The translations under genes and the position numbers were made by a program. The notes under the pieces were generated by a model. It was not told the origin of the DNA. It ran no database searches and saw only the letters and a list, made by a program, of their open reading frames with translations. Below, one piece after another: positions 1 through 7,651 of a stretch of DNA of 51,712 nucleotides. Each line of letters begins with the position of its first letter. Position 1 is the first letter of the stretch. The stretch lies in the IMG/VR virus record IMGVR_UViG_3300012944_000010, positions 1 to 51,712 of that record; one strand, written 5' to 3'. Source of the DNA: a virus (taxonomy: Duplodnaviria > Caudoviricetes).

Positions 1-123
1 CAAACGTAGCACGTTCACGATGAAACGCTACTGCCCAACCTTCTGTGCCTACTACTTGACAATAGGTAAACAGACCTGCTCCAACCCTACCTTGGAAAGC
101 AGGGTCTTGAGCGAGTTGATATG
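1..123. repeat. Terminal direct repeat, copy 1 (assembly circularisation overlap)
   Basis: Identical to 51590-51712; a minus-strand ORF reads in frame through the join. Confidence 0.95.
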
Positions 124-145
124 AATCGGAGAAAGTAGCAGCCAT
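1..145 (-). CDS. 5' part of a hypothetical late (probably virion) protein that continues at 51589..51354
   Basis: ATG at 145 overlaps the upstream stop (TAATG); reads MAATFSDSYQLAQDPAFQGRVGAGLFTYCQVVGTEGWAVAFHRERATF, in frame with ORF 51354..51581. Confidence 0.8.
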   Translation of the reverse strand, partial: MAATFSDSYQLAQDPAFQGRVGAGLFTYCQVVGTEGWAVAFHRERATF

Positions 146-681
146 TAAAAGGGTTCGTAGATAATATGCACGTTAGCAGTTGTAGATGCGCCAGTACCAG
201 CAGACATGTTCAGGAGCATAGCCTGACCGAAGGTAACAGGGGTACCAGCAGCAAAGATAGCATTACCAATCAGAGTCATCTGTTGAGTAGGAGCTGCATT
301 CCAACGTAAGATTCCACCGAAGGTGTTTAAACCAACGTTGATCTTAGGTGCTGTAATACCATTAGATGCTTGAGGCTGTGTAGTAACAGCAGCGATGAAC
401 GTAGTATTAATAACAGGAGTAGCATTCGACTGCATAGGTCCATCTGAATTAGGAGCAACTAGAGCAGATGCACCACCAGTCTGAGCAGTAGAGATTGGAA
501 TAAAAGCAAATGCACCAATAGTAGACGAAGATGCAGTACCAGTAATCAAGATTTCGTTGATATCTGTGACTTGTGTAGTAGACGAACCAACCATAGCCAT
601 ATAGCCACTGGTTGTTGCAGCGGTAGCTAAGGCAGTAGCTGGGAACGTAACACCGAATGTGTTAAAGTTTCGTTTGGCCAT
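145..681 (-). CDS. Hypothetical protein, probably structural (A/T/G-rich, beta-strand character)
   Basis: 178 aa ORF, TAATG-coupled at both ends within the late operon. Confidence 0.7.
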   Translation of the reverse strand: MAKRNFNTFGVTFPATALATAATTSGYMAMVGSSTTQVTDINEILITGTASSSTIGAFAFIPISTAQTGGASALVAPNSDGPMQSNATPVINTTFIAAVTTQPQASNGITAPKINVGLNTFGGILRWNAAPTQQMTLIGNAIFAAGTPVTFGQAMLLNMSAGTGASTTANVHIIYEPF

Positions 682-1037
682 TAAGTAGAGTTTCCTAGGT
701 TAGACAGAAGAGTTAACCCTTCTTCTTGTTGTTGAATATAAGTTTTATGTACATAGTCTGGTTGTTTCATCACTATTCCGCAATTATCACAAATATATTT
801 ATTACATGCTTGACAATGTGCTCTGTCTCTGGTACGATCCAGATTAATGATTACTACTGTACCACAGTGTGAGCAGTGATTTGTCTTGGTTTCGAACAAT
901 TGTCCTTCACCAACAGCTGATTTGCCGTATCCAAGCTTACGAGCCTCTTCTTCAGTGAAGCCTGGAGAAGCTCGGTGATCTAGCATTAAATAACCTTCGT
1001 GTAGTTGACGATTAGAAATAGGGAATATATTAACCAT
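681..1037 (-). CDS. Zn-finger protein, first gene of the late operon
   Basis: CSHC, CQAC and CDNC motifs; start probably ATG 1037 at the predicted +1 of the upstream promoter. Confidence 0.7.
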   Translation of the reverse strand: MVNIFPISNRQLHEGYLMLDHRASPGFTEEEARKLGYGKSAVGEGQLFETKTNHCSHCGTVVIINLDRTRDRAHCQACNKYICDNCGIVMKQPDYVHKTYIQQQEEGLTLLSNLGNST

Positions 1038-1043
1038 ATGCGT

Positions 1044-1072
1044 ATTATAACACAATTAAAAATACATGTCAA
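1044..1072 (-). promoter_or_regulatory. Consensus sigma70 promoter for the late/structural arm
   Basis: TTGACA-17 nt-TATAAT with extended -10 TG on the minus strand. Confidence 0.85.
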
Positions 1073-1099
1073 GAACTATTTTAAAGAAAACGAAAATAA

Positions 1100-1258
1100 A
1101 TGAAAAGTTTTTTAATTAAGACAGAGCAAATATCCTTTAGAGTCACCGAGGAGCATTTTACTAAAATACAAGAACTAGCTAATAAATCAAAGAAATCTAT
1201 AAGTTCTTTCGTTCGAGATGTGGTATTAGCGAGTGTATACTATACAGATGAGAAATAG
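1100..1258 (+). CDS. Ribbon-helix-helix (CopG/MobC-like) DNA-binding protein, 52 aa, not in the ORF track
   Basis: MKSFLIKTEQISFRVTEEHFTKIQELANKSKKSISSFVRDVVLASVYYTDEK fits the beta strand + helix + SISSFVR helix pattern. Confidence 0.65.
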   Translation: MKSFLIKTEQISFRVTEEHFTKIQELANKSKKSISSFVRDVVLASVYYTDEK

Positions 1259-1757
1259 CGTTTCTAAGCCTTCTACAGAACGTTTTTCATGGGAAGGTAC
1301 TACCCTAGCTCTAGGTACTAAAAAGCTTACGTACGAGCTTCCTAGGCACGTTTCCCACGTTTCTATGTATTACTGCTCCACTCCTACCGGAATGTCTATA
1401 GATTTTTATAATTTATCTAGAGCAAGACAACATTTATTATATTTATATAGAACAGATCACAAGGGTGATCAGAAAGATAACTCATGAGTATTTTAACCGA
1501 TATACAATTTTTAAGTAGAAGATATCTAAACAAAGCATTTGATTTTCAAACATGGAAGATATATATGATTATGAAGATTAATGCTATTGAAGATGATGAG
1601 AAGGCGGAAGAGGTAGCTAGACACTTTGCTACTAGACCAGAAGATGATTCTAATGTTTGAATATTGTACAGCAATAACAATAGTCATATTAGCTCTAGTA
1701 TACGTAACAATATGATCTCAATAAAAAATTCTGAGATATTTTTAGGGTGTAATTCGT

Positions 1758-1808
1758 TGCGCGCCTCGCGCACCCCCGACCCCCTTGGAGGGTCGCGCGA
1801 GCGATCGA
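1758..1808. other. GC-rich island in AT-rich DNA; candidate packaging/terminus signal
   Basis: GCGCGCCTCGCGCACCCCCGACCCCCTTGGAGGGTCGCGCGAGCG between the divergent arms. Confidence 0.35.
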
Positions 1809-1824
1809 CGATAGATGGGACCCA

Positions 1825-2040
1825 TTAATTTTATTGTATTATATCTTATAATATAATGACTCTTACTATTATTATATATGATCATACGATATGGTATTAT
1901 AATATACTCTGAGAGTATTACTATAATACTCTTATAATTCTAGTATTGTTCTTACAATACTATGTTCTAGTATATTCTAATATACTCTTATATATTCTAT
2001 AATATAATAACAATACTATAACTCTAACATCTATTATAAG
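1825..2040. repeat. AT-rich low-complexity tract with recurring TATAAT/ATACTCT/TTCTA motifs
   Basis: Seen directly; no ORF. Confidence 0.6.
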
Positions 2041-2046
2041 GACAAT

Positions 2047-2205
2047 ATGAATAGTTTTGATTTGGTGTCTAAACAAGAACTATATGATGCTCTAATTAAT
2101 ATACGAGATAATGCTTATTCTAATATTGATGATGATTGGATATGGATTGATAATCACACACCATTAGCATTATATATTGATAGTATTACTCAACGAATGG
2201 AATAA
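2047..2205 (+). CDS. Small hypothetical protein, 52 aa
   Basis: AAGGA SD before ATG; first of three tandem mini-ORFs. Confidence 0.45.
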   Translation: MNSFDLVSKQELYDALINIRDNAYSNIDDDWIWIDNHTPLALYIDSITQRME

Positions 2206-2211
2206 TATAAT

Positions 2212-2316
2212 ATGAATAGACGAAATAGAATACGATACATTATTAAACGATTGAAATACTTAAGACGATTAATGTTTATGATTAATATGTCTAAATACCA
2301 CATGGATGATTTATAA
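2212..2316 (+). CDS. Small basic hypothetical protein, 34 aa
   Basis: MNRRNRIRYIIKRLKYLRRLMFMINMSKYHMDDL; closely spaced after the previous ORF. Confidence 0.35.
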   Translation: MNRRNRIRYIIKRLKYLRRLMFMINMSKYHMDDL

Positions 2317-2317
2317 T

Positions 2318-2467
2318 ATGGATAAACAAATACTATTTAATACACTAATCAATAATAATGATTTGTATTTAGATGAGGACGAACAACAGTACTTAATTAG
2401 TTTAGTGCGCTCTGATATTATGATGGATGAGTTTATGAAACTACATCCGCATAACCTAAATAGATAA
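2318..2467 (+). CDS. Small hypothetical protein, 49 aa
   Basis: TAATATG junction with the previous ORF. Confidence 0.4.
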   Translation: MDKQILFNTLINNNDLYLDEDEQQYLISLVRSDIMMDEFMKLHPHNLNR

Positions 2468-2729
2468 TAGGATTATATTTACTACTGCTGCGTGAGTAGC
2501 AGGTTGTATCCTTCAACAACCAATTGATGTAGTGCAATGCACAATGTGAATGATATCAATTACTTATGTGTCTATTCATAACTCAACCAACTAGTAGATG
2601 GTTGAATAATACAACTCGACTACAACTACATCAGCAATTAGTGCTAAGTTATTGAAATGAATAAATAAATTATTATTTAGGATTTATAACTTATTGTTAT
2701 GAATACAATCATAATAGGCCTAGTCCTAC

Positions 2730-2758
2730 TTGACTCCTATGGTTTGACATGAGATAAT
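2730..2758 (+). promoter_or_regulatory. Early sigma70-type promoter
   Basis: TTGACT-17 nt-GATAAT with TG extension; same hexamers as the 4663 promoter. Confidence 0.7.
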
Positions 2759-2800
2759 GATTACAATGCTCAATCATGAGCAGAACAAGAGGAGTTAGTC

Positions 2801-4063
2801 ATGGTTGCTTTGAATAAGTCTAAGAGCAAGGGCAAGGATACGACTGCGCTTGTGACTGTGCCGGAGAGCGATCTATCTAAGGACGCACAAGCACGTATGT
2901 CCTCTGCTCTCTCGCAGGCCAACGTTCAGACCAACGACAAAGTACAGTCCGACAGATTGGACGAAGAAGAAGCGCAGACTAATCGGCTAATCGCCGCTGC
3001 AACTGAATGTGCCGAGGCATTGGCAGGACACGAGGAGTTCAATGCATTCACGCATGATGCGATCGAGCACAAGCGTGAAGAGGACTACAAATCAGTGCGT
3101 TGTTACAAGTACATGCAAGCGTACCTATCACACGATCAACGCGCATTGCTGCCGTGGCCCAAGAGCAAGCATGACGATGCGTTCGTCAAGACTTCGAACA
3201 CACCCAATGTGTATGACGTGATCAAGACTAAGCGTAAGAACGCTAAAGGCGAGATTGTTTCACACACCACGTCCTACTACCGGACTATGGCTGAGGCGTT
3301 GCCAGAAGGCGTTACAGCACGTGACACACTGCTTGCAATCGAGAAGGTTGAGGGCAACACGATCGACGCACCGCAAGAGTGGAAGACTGACAAGCAAGGC
3401 AATAGCATCGGCAAGCCTCGCCTTGAGGCAGCTAAAGGCGACTGCCGTCGGACACTAAACACACTAACCGACGCAATGCGCAAGGCTGGTCACATCATTC
3501 TTCAAGAGCACGCTATTAGTGCTTTACCACGCGTGCGAATGACGTGGACGACAGACGAACAAGGCTTGATCGTTCGTAGCACTAAGTCTCTGTCTCTTGT
3601 TTCACGTCGTCCTGACAAGGCGGGGACTGTAGATGAATACGACTTGAACTCAATCAAGTCGTTCTCAATCGGGCAGATGTTATCCTGGAAGGTGGATAAG
3701 GCAAAACGTGTCGCTCCTCACAATCAAATCACGCTCGACACTCTCGTTGCGTCGAGCAAGGGCGTGAGCAAAACAACAAGCAAGCCACCCGCAGGACAGA
3801 CAGCGGACAGTGTGTTTAAGGTGACTAACATCACGGATGCAGAGAAGCGTCTTAACGAGTTCCGTGCATACGCCCAAGGTGCCAATCCAATCGAGGCACA
3901 AGAGCGATACGCTTCGCTCATGTCCCGCGCTAAGGACGACGACGCTGCGCTTGATACCATGCGCTGGGTCTACGATGCACTCGCGCCACATGTGAATGCA
4001 CCCGCCAACGTCGAGCGCGTCACCAAGTACCGCGAAGGATTGGTCAAGGCCAAGGTGGCGTGA
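2801..4063 (+). CDS. Large early hypothetical protein, 420 aa
   Basis: Strong GAGGAG SD, own promoter and terminator, higher GC than flanks. Confidence 0.85.
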   Translation: MVALNKSKSKGKDTTALVTVPESDLSKDAQARMSSALSQANVQTNDKVQSDRLDEEEAQTNRLIAAATECAEALAGHEEFNAFTHDAIEHKREEDYKSVRCYKYMQAYLSHDQRALLPWPKSKHDDAFVKTSNTPNVYDVIKTKRKNAKGEIVSHTTSYYRTMAEALPEGVTARDTLLAIEKVEGNTIDAPQEWKTDKQGNSIGKPRLEAAKGDCRRTLNTLTDAMRKAGHIILQEHAISALPRVRMTWTTDEQGLIVRSTKSLSLVSRRPDKAGTVDEYDLNSIKSFSIGQMLSWKVDKAKRVAPHNQITLDTLVASSKGVSKTTSKPPAGQTADSVFKVTNITDAEKRLNEFRAYAQGANPIEAQERYASLMSRAKDDDAALDTMRWVYDALAPHVNAPANVERVTKYREGLVKAKVA

Positions 4064-4091
4064 CCTATCACGACGCACACCGCAACACAAC

Positions 4092-4118
4092 GCCTCGCGC
4101 ACGCGCGGGGCATTCTTG
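4092..4118 (+). terminator. Probable intrinsic terminator
   Basis: GCCTCGCGC/GCGCGGGGC hairpin followed by ATTCTT. Confidence 0.5.
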
Positions 4119-4342
4119 TATCAACTCAATAGGTGACGCATGTATCATTGCTATTCTGAAAGTCTGCACTGTCTGCATTCAGTGCATTGTATCAGTTACA
4201 TGAAAGGGGAATGTGAACCAAACTATCCCATGCCTACTACACTCGACAATGTAGACCAGTATTATCGTCAATATTGGCGAGTGAAAGATATGAACGAATA
4301 TCGAGCACAGTACGAATAACTCTAAATCATTTAACTAAACTC

Positions 4343-4370
4343 ACCCGCCTTAGACGGCGGGTTTCTTTTT
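4343..4370 (+). terminator. Intrinsic terminator
   Basis: ACCCGCC-TTAGAC-GGCGGGT then TTCTTTTT. Confidence 0.8.
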
Positions 4371-4662
4371 GTCTTGCGTTGTATACAATCACATATAACG
4401 CGTGTAGGAAGGTCCGTGGTGCGTTATTTTATTGAGAGCTACTAGGGTAGCCAACATACAAATAAACGCATCAGCGGGCTTCTATCGCAGACGTCAGCCA
4501 TTCTATGCATTATGATAGGTAAATCACCATGGACTGGTTGGTCACACGATATAATGTAAACAATAGAGTTTTAACAATTTAAGAGTTTAAAACTTTTTCC
4601 TGTAAATCCAAATGTTGAGAAACATTATTCTCCCAAACTATTCCATATAGACATGCAGAAAC

Positions 4663-4691
4663 TTGACTAAGGTAGTGTGGTATGGGATAAT
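4663..4691 (+). promoter_or_regulatory. Early sigma70-type promoter
   Basis: TTGACT-17 nt-GATAAT with TG extension. Confidence 0.7.
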
Positions 4692-4718
4692 AGGTATAAT
4701 GGAAAGGAGGATATGGTT

Positions 4719-4958
4719 ATGAACGAAGACGAGATCAGAGCGATGGCTAATGACGATGGCCAAATCTATATCCCTGTGTCCTCATCATTCATTGAGGCTA
4801 TCTCGTATGATCTAGAGGTTAACGTTCTTATTGTATCATTCCTTAGTGGGAACGATACTGCATATACACATTGTTCGTTCGAGAAGTTTGTTGATTTCGT
4901 TAATGGTAAAGGCACTGGCGGTAGCGTTGGTGCATACTATAATCTCTACATCAAATAG
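4719..4958 (+). CDS. KTSC domain protein
   Basis: PVSSSFIEAISYD...LIVSF.SG...Y...SVGAYYNLYIK matches the KTSC pattern; AAGGAGG SD. Confidence 0.85.
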   Translation: MNEDEIRAMANDDGQIYIPVSSSFIEAISYDLEVNVLIVSFLSGNDTAYTHCSFEKFVDFVNGKGTGGSVGAYYNLYIK

Positions 4959-4999
4959 TTCATTAGGTCATTGTGACCAAACTACCACGGAGGTGAAGT

Positions 5000-5263
5000 A
5001 TGGGTATCAAACATCCTAACGCGGACACAGGCGCAGAGTCTGACCAATACCGCGAAAGCATCAACGGTTACGGTACGTTGATTACCAAAGACGAACACGA
5101 TGCCGCGATCAATATGACGACGATCGAGTATATCGTCGGCGAGAGCGATGCTCCACACATCAAGTATCGCCTAACATTAGAGCCTATCTCCACTCACACG
5201 CCAGCCGAATACGCCGAGTTGAAAGACAAGGCGGAGACGGCGAGCGCACAGGCCGCAGAGTAG
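5000..5263 (+). CDS. Hypothetical protein, 87 aa
   Basis: GGAGGTG SD, followed by a terminator. Confidence 0.75.
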   Translation: MGIKHPNADTGAESDQYRESINGYGTLITKDEHDAAINMTTIEYIVGESDAPHIKYRLTLEPISTHTPAEYAELKDKAETASAQAAE

Positions 5264-5280
5264 TACAGCATATGCGGCTA

Positions 5281-5329
5281 GCACAGCCTCACGCCTACGG
5301 CAATTGGGTGGGGCTGTGCGTTTCTCTTA
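5281..5329 (+). terminator. Intrinsic terminator-like hairpin
   Basis: GCACAGCCTCAC...GTGGGGCTGTGC then GTTTCTCTT. Confidence 0.6.
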
Positions 5330-5375
5330 TGGAATACACGTGAAATAGTTCATGTGTAGATTATAGGAGAATAAC

Positions 5376-5630
5376 ATGTCTTTTTATGAACGTTGGATAG
5401 CGAAACGTGGACGTGGAGGCAGGATTACTCCACAACAAATGGTGGCTGCGAAATCTGTAGTTAATTTGGTTGTTCTAGAAGCGTTCAAAGGAATTAGTCT
5501 AGGACAACTTAACGTCGCTTCTGAATATTATTATGGAGCGCCGGAACCCGAAGACTACAACGATATGTTTACTTTATTATGTGAAGGCATTGAGGAAATG
5601 AAAAAGAATGGTGGACCGGGCGTAGCTTAG
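5376..5630 (+). CDS. Hypothetical protein, 84 aa
   Basis: AGGAGA SD. Confidence 0.75.
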   Translation: MSFYERWIAKRGRGGRITPQQMVAAKSVVNLVVLEAFKGISLGQLNVASEYYYGAPEPEDYNDMFTLLCEGIEEMKKNGGPGVA

Positions 5631-5668
5631 TGTCCATCGGGGCTGGGGGGCTTTGATGGAGGTGCAAC

Positions 5669-5845
5669 TTGGCAAAGAAAGTTGAATTATTCACGCTTGA
5701 AGAAGGCGCGTACTTCGAGTGGCGGAACACGAAGTACAAACTAATAAGCCATGGAGAGAATTACGATGGTGTAGCTGAAGAAATCTCTAATGGTCAGCAC
5801 CATCGTTTCAATACCTGTGCTTTCGTCACTCCTGTGAACGAATAA
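5669..5845 (+). CDS. Hypothetical protein, 58 aa (TTG start; not in the track)
   Basis: GGAGGTG SD; MAKKVELFTLEEGAYFEWRNTKYKL... Confidence 0.6.
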   Translation: MAKKVELFTLEEGAYFEWRNTKYKLISHGENYDGVAEEISNGQHHRFNTCAFVTPVNE

Positions 5846-5861
5846 TGTGATAGGTGCAAAC

Positions 5862-6248
5862 ATGACGGAGTACATCATGGTCACACTCAAACCACGACGC
5901 AAAGCATACGCAGTTTTAAACGAACGTGATTACTGTTGTATCGTTGGCGAGGTTAATACTCGCAAATATGGTGAATTGCCACGCTATGTGCCTGCTCCCA
6001 AAGATGAGCACATGGCACAGGCTAAGCCAGACACTGGCGAATGGGAACGTTACATCAAATCGGTGTTACGTGACCCCTTGAAAGAAGCAAGACTTGTACG
6101 CTCTACCGAATTAGCAGAGCGTAAGATACAAGCTCTGATTGATCATCCTGATACTCCAGATGCAGAGCGCCAAGCTGCCATTCGTGCAATAGCGAGGAAA
6201 CGACGTGCTAAAGGCAACGTATCCGGTGATCGTGAAACCCCATGGTGA
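5862..6248 (+). CDS. Hypothetical protein with a DUF2786-like C-terminal helix pair
   Basis: ERKIQALIDHPDTPDAERQAAIRAIARK resembles that pattern; start chosen from the AGGTG SD. Confidence 0.55.
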   Translation: MTEYIMVTLKPRRKAYAVLNERDYCCIVGEVNTRKYGELPRYVPAPKDEHMAQAKPDTGEWERYIKSVLRDPLKEARLVRSTELAERKIQALIDHPDTPDAERQAAIRAIARKRRAKGNVSGDRETPW

Positions 6249-6386
6249 AGTGATCAGTGTATGCCATCTGATCTACGACGTTGATACCTTGGTCGGAGAA
6301 TGCACTGTGATGTGTATCAATACGGCGGGTGAAGTTCCACCGTATGATTGGGCTCAACCACGTCCATCAAACATCAAGAGGGCAAC

Positions 6387-6530
6387 ATGAACAAGAGATT
6401 TTATAATTATTACAATGCTCCTGTTATAGAATACTACAGCAGGGGCTGGTGCGTATATAGTTATGTTCCATTTCCTTCGGGTATCTTCAATCCTGATGTT
6501 AAATATGTTGCTGTGCTGGGATATAATTAG
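6387..6530 (+). CDS. Small Tyr-rich hypothetical protein
   Basis: GAGGG SD, ATGA overlap with ORF 6205..6390. Confidence 0.45.
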   Translation: MNKRFYNYYNAPVIEYYSRGWCVYSYVPFPSGIFNPDVKYVAVLGYN

Positions 6531-7072
6531 TGAGTAAGAAACGATACGGCCGTAGCAAAGGCTCGAAGGCATCACAGATGAGGAGTTATTCCTCATCTAT
6601 GGTGCGTCCATCCGGTAAATCCATCGGTCACTCTGCGCGTATGACGCGCAAGCTGTTGAAGAGTGATGACGTTGAACAAAGGACATTGAGAACAACAGAT
6701 TGGGGATATGATGGTACTGTTGATACAATCCCCAAAACATTCAACGAACACATGGCTCGTAATGAGACCAGACGTAAAGAACAGATTGTTACATATGGTG
6801 GTAAGCCTTATTACGAATGGGCAGGTCAACGTTTCCAAGGTGCTGATAGTTTCCAAAAGATTAAAATAGTAGATATGCCATATCGTGAGAGGATATGGAT
6901 GTTCTTTAGTGGACATCGTGTGTTCTTCGTTAGATTGGATCACTTTGCTAAGACAGCAAAGATGTCCAATAACTGGTACACCACTGAGCGGGCGTTGGAA
7001 GCATTAGGTCTGAACTTAGTGTCGTGGCAGGAGGAAGTCGACTACGAAAAGGCTCTGAAAGGAGAATTCTAA
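6530..7072 (+). CDS. Hypothetical protein, 180 aa, basic N-terminus
   Basis: Coupled to neighbours at both ends. Confidence 0.7.
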   Translation: MSKKRYGRSKGSKASQMRSYSSSMVRPSGKSIGHSARMTRKLLKSDDVEQRTLRTTDWGYDGTVDTIPKTFNEHMARNETRRKEQIVTYGGKPYYEWAGQRFQGADSFQKIKIVDMPYRERIWMFFSGHRVFFVRLDHFAKTAKMSNNWYTTERALEALGLNLVSWQEEVDYEKALKGEF

Positions 7073-7248
7073 TGGCTGTTAAGATTTGTCGTGTTTGTTT
7101 CACACCGAAAACTGTTCAACCCTATTATGGTAGCGAGAAGTCTTATTGGACTTGTATGAAATGCTGCCAACTTGGTCATTATCACACTCCTACGGAAGAG
7201 CCGTTACTGTTGATGATTAAGTTAAACGAATACATGCGCGCAGCCTAA
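7072..7248 (+). CDS. Small Zn-ribbon protein
   Basis: CRVC and CMKC; AGGAG SD; TAATG coupling; ends MRAA. Confidence 0.6.
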   Translation: MAVKICRVCFTPKTVQPYYGSEKSYWTCMKCCQLGHYHTPTEEPLLLMIKLNEYMRAA

Positions 7249-7303
7249 CCCCCTGGCCCAGGACTGCGTGCATGTTACCAGAGATGTTAGCCCATCTCTG
7301 GGC

Positions 7304-7337
7304 CGGCGGGATGAGTGATTGCGTCCCGCCGGTTTTC
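7304..7337 (+). terminator. Intrinsic terminator
   Basis: CCGGCGGGA...TCCCGCCGG then TTTTC. Confidence 0.7.
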
Positions 7338-7349
7338 TATTTAATAAGC

Positions 7350-7431
7350 GGACTCTAGGAACTCTGCCTGTGTCTAGACCGGCATACGGAGAGACAACTC
7401 TAGGCTTGTCCTCTTCTCGAACCTAGAGTCC
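7350..7431 (+). ncRNA. Putative three-way-junction structured RNA
   Basis: GGACTCTAGG/CCTAGAGTCC 10-bp closing helix with two internal hairpins. Confidence 0.5.
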
Positions 7432-7443
7432 ACCTATTGAATA

Positions 7444-7527
7444 GCCCACATGGCGGAATGGTAGACGAGCCAGACTTAAAATCTGGTGCCTTCGGGCGTG
7501 CAGGTTCGAGTCCTGTTGTGGGCACCA
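7444..7527 (+). tRNA. tRNA-Leu(UAA)
   Basis: GCCCACA/TGTGGGC acceptor stem, CCAGA-CTTAAAA-TCTGG anticodon arm, long variable arm, GGTTCGAGTCC, encoded ACCA. Confidence 0.95.
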
Positions 7528-7529
7528 CT

Positions 7530-7642
7530 CTACATTCCAACTGTTCATATAGCCTCGGTATTTGTTTCGGGGTCGAGACTAGTCCTGCAGTTGGTTCGGT
7601 ACGAGAAGACACACAGACACAGAACTCGCCGGTAATATGTAG
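7530..7642 (+). ncRNA. Putative structured RNA between the two tRNAs
   Basis: CTACAT/ATGTAG outer helix; CCAACTG/CAGTTGG and CGAG/CTCG inner helices. Confidence 0.45.
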
Positions 7643-7651
7643 TACAAACTA

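Noticed and set aside
1-123. 123-bp repeat as the biological terminal repeat
   Set aside because: It lies inside a gene that reads across the join, so it is best explained as assembly overlap of a circular contig
1233-1487. 84-aa GTG ORF
   Set aside because: No SD, overlaps the better RHH ORF and the hairpin element
1825-2040. CRISPR array or mini-array
   Set aside because: Repeats are short, degenerate and irregularly spaced, with no constant repeat-spacer period
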